In this document: positions 54,821 through 64,000 of the stretch, piece after piece
Layout of the letters: every line of letters starts with the position of its first letter
How positions within the stretch are numbered: the first letter of the stretch is position 1
From: Guillardia theta CCMP2712
Taxonomy: Eukaryota; Protista; Cryptophyta
DNA: 64,000 nt
Reading direction: 5' to 3'
Assembly: GCF_000315625.1 (NCBI RefSeq)
Contig: NW_005434460.1
Span: 5,217-69,216, forward strand
Notes under the pieces: generated by a model
What the model saw: only the letters and a program-made list of their open reading frames with translations
Told to the model about the DNA's origin: nothing
Database searches by the model: none
Program-made: the position numbers and the translations under genes

Positions 54821-57400
54821 CTAAACGTCCTCACCGTACAGAGCGCGTCCTCCGCCCGAAGTATACAGTAAGATCTGCAGGGACCTGAACTTCCTTTTTC
54901 CAAGTCAGCAGAGAAAAGGATTCACTCCGCCTACTTGAGGACGAAGTGCTCTTCAATAGCTTGGGGCTCTTATTGCTCATCAACGATCCTGGATCGAACA
55001 TGTTGGGTGCAGGCTTGTCCAATGGTGTGATCTATGACCAGGGTATCAAAGACTGGGGACGCAAAAGTCAGGCACCTTCATGATCAGATTCGCTATCATC
55101 CTCCTGTCTCTCTCTGTTTCGACATCCTGCCTTCCTGTCAGGGAGCTCTGACTGTAAGGCATCTTACCATTAGTAGCTGATGTAGAATGCTGTGGGGATC
55201 GCGAATTTCAATGCCCAGGAGGTCCATGGCTTCCAGCTTGCTGATCAGCATCTGGATGTGGTTGAGAAGCGTATGTAGGAGTGCTTGTGTTGACACCTCG
55301 ACTCTCAACAGTCCAGGTCCTGAAAGCTGAAGAAAGAGGTTGGCAGCTTCTATCGCACCCTACTGCAAGTTATTCTGCGAGAAGGTTCAGCAGCAAGGTA
55401 TATACCTGATAGTCGTGAATGTGAAACAGACAGAGGAAGAGGCCTGAAAGAGTTTCTTGAAGGATAGCTGAGATTCTTGCGAGGCATTCTTTCAGTGCGT
55501 TTACTCTTCTGCTCTCCTTCACCCTTACCGATCTCGGATGCCATCGGGGGCAAAGGGCGAGCAAGCCAGCAGCTTGTCGACACGCATGCTGTTTGATGTC
55601 AGCGAGACACGACTAGAAGCGGATTGTTTCCTGACCCTATCGAAACAACAATCTCGTATTCTTTCGCTGCCAACATGGATTTCTTCGCGGGGACTGTCAA
55701 ATGCGAATATGTATGAGAAGAGCCGGACCTTGGATGCTCGGAGTCGATTTCCTTTGTCCTGATGCGCCTCCATTTCTTGTACCTGTTTTCGTGTCATATC
55801 CACCTCGTTTCCAAACGGACCGGACCTCGCGAATCATAAGATAGCTTGCTCTTTCTTGCAAATACCTTCTGTGATCTTGTGAGATTACATGTAGCATACT
55901 ACATGTAGCAAACTACTCACTCGCTAGCTTCCGATCTTGCTTCAGATGATTTCTGCACTTTGCTCTCCCGGTCTGAGCACACCAAAACAGCGAGGGTTGA
56001 TCCTCCGCAGCAAACGTTTATTGCGAATAAGCTCTGTTCTTCCTGCATCGCTGGCTCAGAAATGATTGCAAGATTTCCTCTCACCTTGTCTTTGAGCTGC
56101 AATCTCCTCGGCCTAAGCACAGGGCCCAGAGGTTCGTCGCTCCTCTCTCTCGTCAACAGATTGCAGTCTCCCGCCTTACAAACATTCTCAAGGCTATGAG
56201 CCAATCATCGCCTCATTACCCATCCCCACACATAGAGCTCTCCTTCGTTTGTCAAAGCTGCTGTATGGAAAGAGCCGCATGCTGCCTTGGTGATGTTCTT
56301 ATGCTTGAGATCCTTGCATGAAGTGAGAAAGGCACCAATGAGCCTCCATACCTTAACAGCAGCAGGAACATACAGGTCTGCCATCATCCCGCTACCCAGT
56401 TGGCCTTCACCTCCCTGACCTCTGCGTCATTTGTGTGCTCTTTTCCTCACAGTAGGTTTTCAACCCCAACCCCCTTCCTGCTTTCAACCTCCTTATTCTT
56501 TCATCCCCTCCCTATCTTCACCTTCCCCCACGTGTACAACTTCCCCTTCTCTCCAACGGCAGCTGAGTGGAAAAGACCAGCAGAGATCGCTGCGATCGAG
56601 TCCTCTACAGGAAGCAGATCAGAGGACTGAAGGAGTCATCTACACCTCCTACCAATATTGACTCTTGTTGGCTGATTACAGACTCGAAAAGGCTCAGGGA
56701 AGAGAAGAGAATCATCTTCTACGAAGTCTGGGTAGTTCTTTCTTGCATTTCCTGCCCCCAGACAGCCATATCCATTCAGTCCCCTGCCATGATTCGTCAC
56801 GCAAGCAGGAAGAACGCATGCGTTGCACCATGAGAACACGATCCCTTGCGAGCTGAGAGCTATCGAGTGCTTGTCACCCGCAGCCACAGACGCGATGAGG
56901 GTAGACCTCAGCAGGTCAACCTTGACGAACCTTCAGCTCTTGTGCCTCTGTGAAGTCTCACCTGATGAGGAAGCTTTAATGATTCTTGTCCGACGTCACC
57001 AAGTCCTAGCTGGCCGAATTTATGACAACCCCTGAGACAAGCGCTGTCGGCTTGACAAGCATCACTTCAACTTTACCATCCCCATAGGCCTCCATTCTCG
57101 TCCACAGCTAGACTATGCGATGAGCCGCAAGCGACTTCAACGATTCTCACTCCTCTTAAATGTCCTTCAACAACTTTCAGTGATCAGCTACCCGACCAGG
57201 TCACAAGAACCGAGCAAGCAAGGTTGATGATGGGAGATTGGCACTCCCAGCCCAAGCCTTCCGCTCTTGCCAAGGCCCCAAGCGAACGTCACTCCCTGCA
57301 ATCTAGAGTTACTGAAGCAGTTGGAGGAGAAGTCAGAGGAGCTAGACCTTGGAAGTAACCGCAAGCGTGTGACTGCGCCCTGATGCAAGCGAGATGAATG
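54821..57400 (-). CDS. RCC1-repeat protein; 5' end unresolved
   Basis: FAWGLGKSGRLGLG, ACGSSHSL, VAAGDKHSIALSSQGIVFSW, GQLGSG, AACGSFHTAALTNEGELYVWG. Confidence 0.8.
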
Positions 57401-57982
57401 TGTCGTCTACAACATCATTTTCAAGGTGGGGAAACAAGCACGGAGATGCGTTACCCTCACAAGTCGTCGAGACCTTGCGGGGTTGACGACTTGACCTTGT
57501 GTCTCCTGTTCCAAGCTACAAGGCGTCAGTATCAAATTCGCTTTTTTTCAAAGCTCATGTTTACCTGTCCATGAACATTTTCGCCCCATGCATAAAGGGC
57601 AGGTCGGGAATCTTTATCGAGCAATGTGCATACAACATGACTTTGTATGACATCAGGTCTGAGATATACAGCAAACCAACATCTTACCGCCAGCCACATG
57701 ATATAAGGGTTCTCGGTTGCCTTTCAGAGATCTCGAGAACTTCATGTTTTCCTAACCAGCCATTGCTCCATACCAGTATTTCCATATCCATCAACACCTT
57801 TCACCTTCTTCCAGCTTTTCATAAGAGATTTTTCTCATGCTTCTTAACCTATCTTCTTTTCTGCCCCTTTGCCTGTCGCAGGTCGAGCTCAACGTTATCT
57901 GAATTATCATCATGTACAACATGTTGAGGCTACATGCCCCGTTGCGGCTTGTAGAATCCATTCCATCCCCAACATTTTCTGA

Positions 57983-58190
57983 GTCGGGTTTAGGGTTTGT
58001 CGGGTTTAGGGTTTGTCGGGTTTAGGGTTTGTCGGGTTTAGGGTTTGACGGGTTTAGGGTTTGTCGGGTTTAGGGTTTGTCGGGTTTAGGGTTTGACGGG
58101 TTTAGGGTTTAGGGTTTAGGGTTTAGGGTTTAGGGTTTAGGGTTTAGGGTTTAGGGTTTAGGGTTTAGGGTTTAGGGTTTAGGGTTTAGG
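57983..58190 (+). repeat. Telomeric repeat tract: 16-bp variant units then pure TTTAGGG
   Basis: 57983-58100: about 8 units alternating G(T/A)CGGGTTT and AGGGTTT. 58101-58190: (TTTAGGG)12 plus TTTAGG. G-rich strand is on +. Confidence 0.97.
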
Positions 58191-58266
58191 CACTGAAGTA
58201 TATCAGAGGAGGGAGCAGAGCAGAAGCACGGCTGCCATAAGGGCCAGCCAAGTCGGGCCGAACTGC

Positions 58267-58468
58267 CAGGTTCCTTATTTCCTGGCAGGTTCCTTATTTC
58301 CTAGGAGGTTCCTTATTTCCTGGCATGCAGGTTCCTTATTTCCTGGCATGCAGGTTCCTTATTTCCTGGCATGCAGGTTCCTTATTTCCTGGCATGCAGG
58401 TTCCTTATTTCCTGGCATGCAGGTTCCTTATTTCCTGGCATGCAGTTTCCTTATTTCCTGGCATGCAG
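58267..58468 (+). repeat. 5' UTR tandem repeat, 9 units (19-23 bp)
   Basis: CAGGTTCCTTATTTCCTGGCATG; the first two units lack CATG. Confidence 0.95.
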
Positions 58469-58538
58469 ATTTGCGGTACCCCTGCGCTGGTGGAGTAAGA
58501 GCCGCCAGGAACGACGGAAGCTTGGGAAACCATTGAGA

Positions 58539-60686
58539 ATGCTCCGAAGCATGTGGCCAATATCTATTGTGAACCCTGACGAGATCGTGCAGTACCGTAC
58601 CTCCAGCTACCTCAAGAGGCAGACGGAAACTGGAACGATGCCGTCACCAGCTGAGCTTGTGCGACGACTGGATGACTTCGCAAGGCAGAATCCCAAAAGC
58701 AGGACGAGCAAAGCTCTGAAAGCCAAAGAGATATCCTTGGAAGCCTTAGCCGAAGCCATCAGTCACACATGCAGCTTTGCTGAACCTTCACCACTGGAGA
58801 GTCTGAAAGGTCTCGGGCAGTGGGGTGATGATGCCAGGCAGTGGTACCTGTCCGAATTTCTAGCAGACAGGCAACGGCAGATGGAGGCCAGGTCTTATGA
58901 TGACCAGGGCACGAGTGTGCAGACGATTACCATGAAGGTACTAGGGATACCTGCATACTTCTCCAGACAGGTTGAAAACTTATGCGTCAAGCTGGAAGAG
59001 CAAGGCCTGATCGTAGATCAGACGCAAGACAGCAGGAGTTTGATCTTCAAGGCTCCCCTCAAGCCTGACCTGGCGAAGGCAGAAGAGATCCCAGCAGTGA
59101 TCACCTTTGTCCGCAACGAGGCGGCAGAGAAATTCTGGAAAGGAGAAGGTACCTTTAAGGTGGCTGGAAGGAGGATCCTAGCAGTGAACCCAGCAGCCAA
59201 CCCACCGATCTCGTTCAAGATGCGACCAAAGAAGGAGAACATGGGCAGAGTCGGAATCCTAGCGGAGGTGGCCCAACTCCTTAAGCTCAATGATTCGAGT
59301 ACAGGTGATATATGTGAGATCTACAGGCAGTTGTGCTTGAAACAGGGCCTAGCAATTATCGACCTGATCCCAAACGCGGGAATGACAGTGAACCTCCCCC
59401 CCAAGAGGAACATGCCGCCAAAGAAGGTGTTTGCAGCGGTAGGAATAGACACAGTCAACCAGAACAGAGAGGTAGACTGGATCGCGACTTGTTCGAGCCT
59501 GGAAGTAGCGGACATCGTCCTCCAGGCATTCGATCGACATGGAAAAGATCGAGCAGGAGTCACTTTGGGATTGGTCTCAGAGAATGACAAAATACTGAAA
59601 TGGTTTTCAGTTCAAATGGAAGCAACGACTATGCTCAAGCATACGAAGAATGCTGTGCGACAGGAGGCGGCAACGGCAACGGGGGCAGAGATGCTGTACT
59701 CAGTGCAAATCTCCTCCCCAGTGCCATCAGGGAAGTTCTCTCGAAGTGAGATTGAAAAAATCTGCGCCAGTGACGAAACGGGCAGAGCCAAAGTCATCCG
59801 AAACATCCGGAGGTCTGTCGCATGCTGGGACCCACAGGTTGAAAAAGAGCTGCAGCGGGTACACATCCAATGTGACGCAGAGACGGGGATGTGGGATGGG
59901 TCTGGAATTATTCTCAGGCTACGAAGTGAAAGGAGTGCAAGAAAGATGATGGCTGAATTCCCCACACACCTTCTCTGCTGGCAAGGCACAGTTGAGATCC
60001 AGACGACAGCAAGTAGTCTGAACCTCAAAGTGTCGCCTCAGGCAACACAGGATCAATCTGACCAAGCCAGATCACAAACGCCGGGAACCAGAGCAGGCGG
60101 AACCGTGTGGAAAGAGATTGAACTGAACTCAATCATCAACGAAACAAACCTGCCCGACGCGGAAGCAGAGGTAGTAATTGCTGAGATCAAGACAGCTATC
60201 GCGGAAGTAGTTAACAATGACCTACAACAGCAAGGAAAGACCTTACTTCGTCTTGACGATGCTGTGCATGACATGCAGGTCGCCTTAGACAGTCCAGGCA
60301 ACGCGTCCTTCTCCACGCTGCAAGAATGGGCTGATAAAGGCACCGGAGCGACATGGGATACCCAGAGTAAGGGCTTCAAAGAGCGAGTCCAACGAATCGT
60401 TGAGAAGCATACATGGAAGGTCGCGAAGCGCAAGCAAAGCGCTTTTGCCCCCAAAGAAGAGAAGCAGTTTAAGACTGACCTGCTCTTCATTGCACTGAAT
60501 AAATTCCTAGAGGAGACAGTAATCTCTTCGGTAGGAATGCTGGGAGATAACGACGAACTAAAGTTCATGTTGAGCACTGAACTACAGATGAAAGAGGCCG
60601 GAATGGAAGAGGAACAGGAGGAAGGGAGCAAGGCGGACGACGCAGAGGGGATGTCACTAGACTCCCCCCCTGCGGCACAAGCTTAA
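58539..60686 (+). CDS. Retrotransposon ORF1 (no CCHC knuckle seen; possible RRM-like folds)
   Basis: Uninterrupted ORF. The track start at 58371 lies inside the repeat; first unique ATG is 58539. Ends with TAA at 60684-60686. Confidence 0.75.
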   Translation: MLRSMWPISIVNPDEIVQYRTSSYLKRQTETGTMPSPAELVRRLDDFARQNPKSRTSKALKAKEISLEALAEAISHTCSFAEPSPLESLKGLGQWGDDARQWYLSEFLADRQRQMEARSYDDQGTSVQTITMKVLGIPAYFSRQVENLCVKLEEQGLIVDQTQDSRSLIFKAPLKPDLAKAEEIPAVITFVRNEAAEKFWKGEGTFKVAGRRILAVNPAANPPISFKMRPKKENMGRVGILAEVAQLLKLNDSSTGDICEIYRQLCLKQGLAIIDLIPNAGMTVNLPPKRNMPPKKVFAAVGIDTVNQNREVDWIATCSSLEVADIVLQAFDRHGKDRAGVTLGLVSENDKILKWFSVQMEATTMLKHTKNAVRQEAATATGAEMLYSVQISSPVPSGKFSRSEIEKICASDETGRAKVIRNIRRSVACWDPQVEKELQRVHIQCDAETGMWDGSGIILRLRSERSARKMMAEFPTHLLCWQGTVEIQTTASSLNLKVSPQATQDQSDQARSQTPGTRAGGTVWKEIELNSIINETNLPDAEAEVVIAEIKTAIAEVVNNDLQQQGKTLLRLDDAVHDMQVALDSPGNASFSTLQEWADKGTGATWDTQSKGFKERVQRIVEKHTWKVAKRKQSAFAPKEEKQFKTDLLFIALNKFLEETVISSVGMLGDNDELKFMLSTELQMKEAGMEEEQEEGSKADDAEGMSLDSPPAAQA

Positions 60687-63600
60687 TGGACGCAGGAACA
60701 GGAGGAGACGAGGGCAGGTGGGACAATTGGCACAAGGGTGAGGTGGAAGGACAAGAAGGTGAGAAAAACAAAGACAAAGAAAATCAAAAAACGGCACAAA
60801 CATTCGACCTAGTAGGGGAGATCCCCTGGAGTCGAAGGGAACAAAACAGAGAATATGGATTAGCGGCGCTACTCAACTCGGGAGAAGCTGGCTTTCTCTC
60901 CGAAGATGTTGTGGAGGCGATAATCCTCGAGGCAAGCGAAGGTATCGAACCATTGGAAGACAGATTTCAAGTAGCATGGCTACGAGACAAGAGGTACGCG
61001 AGCGCGCAAACTAGAAACCAGGTCGAGTCGCCGAGAGGGACTATTGTCCTCCCGAGAATAGTAGCTTGTTTGAGAGATCAAGAGGGGAGGACAAAGAGAG
61101 CAAAGCGACTACTAGCCGGGGCAGCCCAGCCATTCTTATTCCCGTGCGTAGAGAATGGCAATCATTGGATTCTACTAATGGCAGATTTTGACACAAAAAG
61201 AATACGCATTGTTGATTCACTCAGCACGGCTGAGAGAGACTTGGGGATTGTCAGAAGTCAAAGGGAGGCACAGTTTCAGCTGGAGGGCGCACAACGAATG
61301 GACTTAGCCACACTCGCGGCGACGATTGTCACGGAGGCGTTCAGCGACCAGCAGGAACATGCAACGACATGGCGGGTTTACCTGTCAACTGAGCTACAAC
61401 AAACAGACAATCACAACTGTGGGATCTTCATACTGTTGCATTTGCTGTTGATCGCAAAGACAAACAGACCGACACAACGAGACATCTCAAAAACAGGTAG
61501 GCAGCAAGGCGTCCCCCCGCCCCAGCAATGGCTCGAGAGGATGAGGCACCTGCTGCTGGATGCGCTTTGGGTGGAGGATCCAGGAAAAGTGCGCATGCGA
61601 GAAACGATCAAAGGCATCTGCAGAGCTTTACAACACGCGCAAGATAAAGGGTACAAGGAATGGCAAGCAGCAGAGGTGACCCAGGCACAAGAGATGGAGC
61701 AGGGAGAGCAAGAACCGTGGCAAGCGAGAAACATGGCGGACCTGCGGACATATGAAAGGTCAGAACAGATGGACTCACTACCGCCGCAGGCCACATCGCT
61801 CCCCCCAGCGGGCAAGCACAAAGAACAAGCTTCGAACGATGTAAGGGGAACTAGGGAGGAGGAGGAGACGCACTCCCCGGCAAGAGATCGAAGGGGAGTA
61901 CCACATCAACTTCAATGGGCCAATAGGGAAGAGGAACAAATACTAACAACAGGTAGAAAACCTCACAATGCAATGCGAACAGAAAGATCAGAGCAACCAT
62001 CATGGGTGGAGATGCACAGAAAGGATAACACCCCAGGCAACATCATCTCTCAAAATGTTAATGGGTGCAGCCAGTTTGTGCTGAAACACATCTTGGGATA
62101 CCTGATTGAGACATACCAGCCGAGCGTGGTAATGCTGCAGGAGGTCTTGGTAGGGGGGAGGAGGAAAGAGATAGCTCTCCGAACGATGATCAAGAAGGAA
62201 TGGGGATGCTATCGAGTATTTATCACGAAAGGCACGGGGGGCGGGAGAAAGGGTAAGAGTGACCTACGCCTCATGACATTAGCGCATGCTGACCTTGCAC
62301 CTCGCCCCCCCCTGCCATGGCACTTCGCCATGGAAGAGGAGCGCGAGGTCTCCCAAAAAAGAATACAGGTTTTACACGTTGGCCGCAAAAAAGAAACAAT
62401 AGTGTTGGCGAACGTACATTTCCCTATCGCATCGGAGGGGAGAGACCGAGACAACATGTGGAAGGCACTGAGCCAGATGCTCAAGATGGACCCAAACATT
62501 AAGCTCAGCATCGTCGGAGGCGACTTCAACGCATCTCGAAAGCTTGCAGAGATCTGCACGAGAGTAGGGTACGGGATCAACTCGAACGTGCACCGCGCAG
62601 ATGAGGAAATGGAACGAAACTTAAATGAGCTGGGGCGATATCAGATGGTCACCTGCGAAAAGATGAGCAGAAGCAGTTCGCATTTCACCTTCTCCACATG
62701 GTACAAACAGGGCCACCACCAAGCCAAATTAGACCATGTCTTCGCTCTGCATCATTCATCTCGCACAGTAAGCCTGATATCAGAGACCGCAGAAGACTGC
62801 ATCATAGGAGCCGCAGTCGATCACAGGGCACTGGTGGTGAATGTGACTGCGCTAGATGATAAGGGCGAACAATTTATTCCAACGGTTGAAATGCTCACAC
62901 AAAGGAAGGACCGAGATGCCATTCTTCGACGAAAGAAGCGGGTGGTAGAGATAGAAAAGATATCGGGACGACTAGGCGTGGAATGGGCAATGGCTCTCGA
63001 CGAGAAGATACAAGCGGCACAAGCTCTACAGCAAGATTGCGACATTATCAATTTGATAACAACTGCCCTTCCCATTAAGGAAATCCCCCTACGAACCTCA
63101 GGTGGGAAGCGATACTCATCGAAGATTCAAATGGACCTGAAAAGGAAGATTAAGCAACTTCGCAAGGATCTGAGAAGCGCATCAGAAATCACAGACTATA
63201 TTGATCGTGCACACAGGGAGTCGAGTATCAACGCCGAACTAAGAGAGACTATGATCAAATTCAAGGAGATCTGCACCGAACAGGACCAACAAACCTTCCT
63301 GAAAGCTTGCGAGGAACGCCGACGACGACTGGGCACGATAGGGAGTAAAGAGTCCCAGAATGCAATGGGGAAGAAATCAGACTATAAGCCCAAAGCCCCA
63401 ATGAGTAGCCAACTGCCAGAGAAATGCCACCCAAATACAATTGAACTCACCTCATGGAGCGATCTCCAACCAGCGCTGCAGCGGTCAGAGCTAGAGTATT
63501 TACAGGACCTGGATCCGCTGATGGAAGCATTCCTGCAAAACAGCTCCAAAGAATCAAGCAAAACTTTTTGGAATGCAAAACATCAAACCTTACTGCACGT

Positions 63601-64000
63601 TGAGGTCCTCGGGGCGGGAAATCAAACATCAAAGAAGCTCTCCCTCACCGTGGCGCCAGCACATTTGATTGTACAAATCATTCGGAAACTGCTCCCACAA
63701 CCAGGAGGGTGGCGCCTAGAAGGATACAAGAACATCGAGCAATTTCTCCCTATGAGATTGGCTAGCGAACTCGAAGATGAAACCCACACGGCAACCTTCT
63801 TCGCAGTCAACGGCTGCACGACGAATGGAACCTGCGCAAAGGCGGAGTGTCAAACACGAGGACGACTGATCCCGCTATATGACAAAGGTCAGAAGAACGA
63901 AGAAACGACGATCCTCTTCTTCTGCAAACAGTGTCAATCATTCACCTCCGTCCAACCACCGGAATTCAACTCTCCCACGAACATTGATCAACACCCCGAC
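60686..64000 (+). CDS. Retrotransposon ORF2: Ulp1/C48 protease + APE endonuclease + Cys cluster (3'-incomplete)
   Basis: Manual translation from ATG 60686 is open to the window end (1105 codons). Protease FLSEDVVE...FPCVENGNHWILL...IVDSL...QQTDNHNCGIF. APE IISQNVNG, VMLQEV, ANVHFP, GGDFNA, LDHVF, VDHRAL. Confidence 0.9.
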   Translation, partial: MDAGTGGDEGRWDNWHKGEVEGQEGEKNKDKENQKTAQTFDLVGEIPWSRREQNREYGLAALLNSGEAGFLSEDVVEAIILEASEGIEPLEDRFQVAWLRDKRYASAQTRNQVESPRGTIVLPRIVACLRDQEGRTKRAKRLLAGAAQPFLFPCVENGNHWILLMADFDTKRIRIVDSLSTAERDLGIVRSQREAQFQLEGAQRMDLATLAATIVTEAFSDQQEHATTWRVYLSTELQQTDNHNCGIFILLHLLLIAKTNRPTQRDISKTGRQQGVPPPQQWLERMRHLLLDALWVEDPGKVRMRETIKGICRALQHAQDKGYKEWQAAEVTQAQEMEQGEQEPWQARNMADLRTYERSEQMDSLPPQATSLPPAGKHKEQASNDVRGTREEEETHSPARDRRGVPHQLQWANREEEQILTTGRKPHNAMRTERSEQPSWVEMHRKDNTPGNIISQNVNGCSQFVLKHILGYLIETYQPSVVMLQEVLVGGRRKEIALRTMIKKEWGCYRVFITKGTGGGRKGKSDLRLMTLAHADLAPRPPLPWHFAMEEEREVSQKRIQVLHVGRKKETIVLANVHFPIASEGRDRDNMWKALSQMLKMDPNIKLSIVGGDFNASRKLAEICTRVGYGINSNVHRADEEMERNLNELGRYQMVTCEKMSRSSSHFTFSTWYKQGHHQAKLDHVFALHHSSRTVSLISETAEDCIIGAAVDHRALVVNVTALDDKGEQFIPTVEMLTQRKDRDAILRRKKRVVEIEKISGRLGVEWAMALDEKIQAAQALQQDCDIINLITTALPIKEIPLRTSGGKRYSSKIQMDLKRKIKQLRKDLRSASEITDYIDRAHRESSINAELRETMIKFKEICTEQDQQTFLKACEERRRRLGTIGSKESQNAMGKKSDYKPKAPMSSQLPEKCHPNTIELTSWSDLQPALQRSELEYLQDLDPLMEAFLQNSSKESSKTFWNAKHQTLLHVEVLGAGNQTSKKLSLTVAPAHLIVQIIRKLLPQPGGWRLEGYKNIEQFLPMRLASELEDETHTATFFAVNGCTTNGTCAKAECQTRGRLIPLYDKGQKNEETTILFFCKQCQSFTSVQPPEFNSPTNIDQHPD

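Larger units (their letters stand above)
58191..64000 (+). mobile_element. Non-LTR retrotransposon abutting the telomeric tract; 3' part outside the window
   Basis: Abrupt switch to intronless, A-rich-sense coding DNA. Tandem-repeat 5' UTR, two long ORFs, APE endonuclease in ORF2. RT not within the window. Confidence 0.88.

Noticed and set aside
58267-58468. Possible CRISPR array
   Set aside because: Units are head-to-tail with no unique spacers, no cas genes are present, and the context is eukaryotic.
58371-58538. ORF1 N-terminus as given by the ORF track
   Set aside because: It is a translation of the tandem repeat; ATG 58539 or 58551 is more plausible, though an extension cannot be excluded.
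62850-64000. Reverse transcriptase domain
   Set aside because: No RT motifs (e.g. YADD, QG) are visible before the window ends; RT is only predicted downstream.

Overview
Eukaryotic nuclear DNA, gene-dense, with many short (about 45-150 nt) GT-AG introns, purine/pyrimidine microsatellite introns and bipartite plastid-targeting presequences. It looks like a cryptophyte such as Guillardia theta (inference from gene style and the TTTAGGG repeat, not verified). Bases 1-57.9 kb hold about 18 protein genes: DnaJ with zinc ribbons, a membrane RelA/SpoT-like protein, PGAP4-like GT, PDZ plus Sfi1-like repeats, a membrane collectin, TAF10, cNMP-Cdc14, a saccharopine-dehydrogenase-like enzyme, GT17, a CCCH-RRM-methyltransferase-like protein, DEX1-like, YnbB-like, SPPL2, HELQ/POLQ-type helicase and an RCC1 protein. 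At 57983-58190 a tract of variant then pure TTTAGGG repeats is joined directly to the 5' end of an apparently intact non-LTR retrotransposon. The element has a tandem-repeat 5' UTR, a ~716-771 aa ORF1, and a TAATG-coupled ORF2 that the ORF track misses and that runs off the window (at least 1105 codons). ORF2 encodes a Ulp1/SENP-type protease with an intact His-Asp-Cys triad, then an APE endonuclease, then a Cys cluster. The reverse transcriptase is expected beyond the window and was not seen. This telomere-repeat-associated, protease-carrying element is the best candidate for an undescribed system. Runners-up are the receptor-like RelA/SpoT-family protein, the CL-P1-like collectin and the cNMP-Cdc14 fusion. 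All domain calls come from motif recognition by eye; exon boundaries are approximate.
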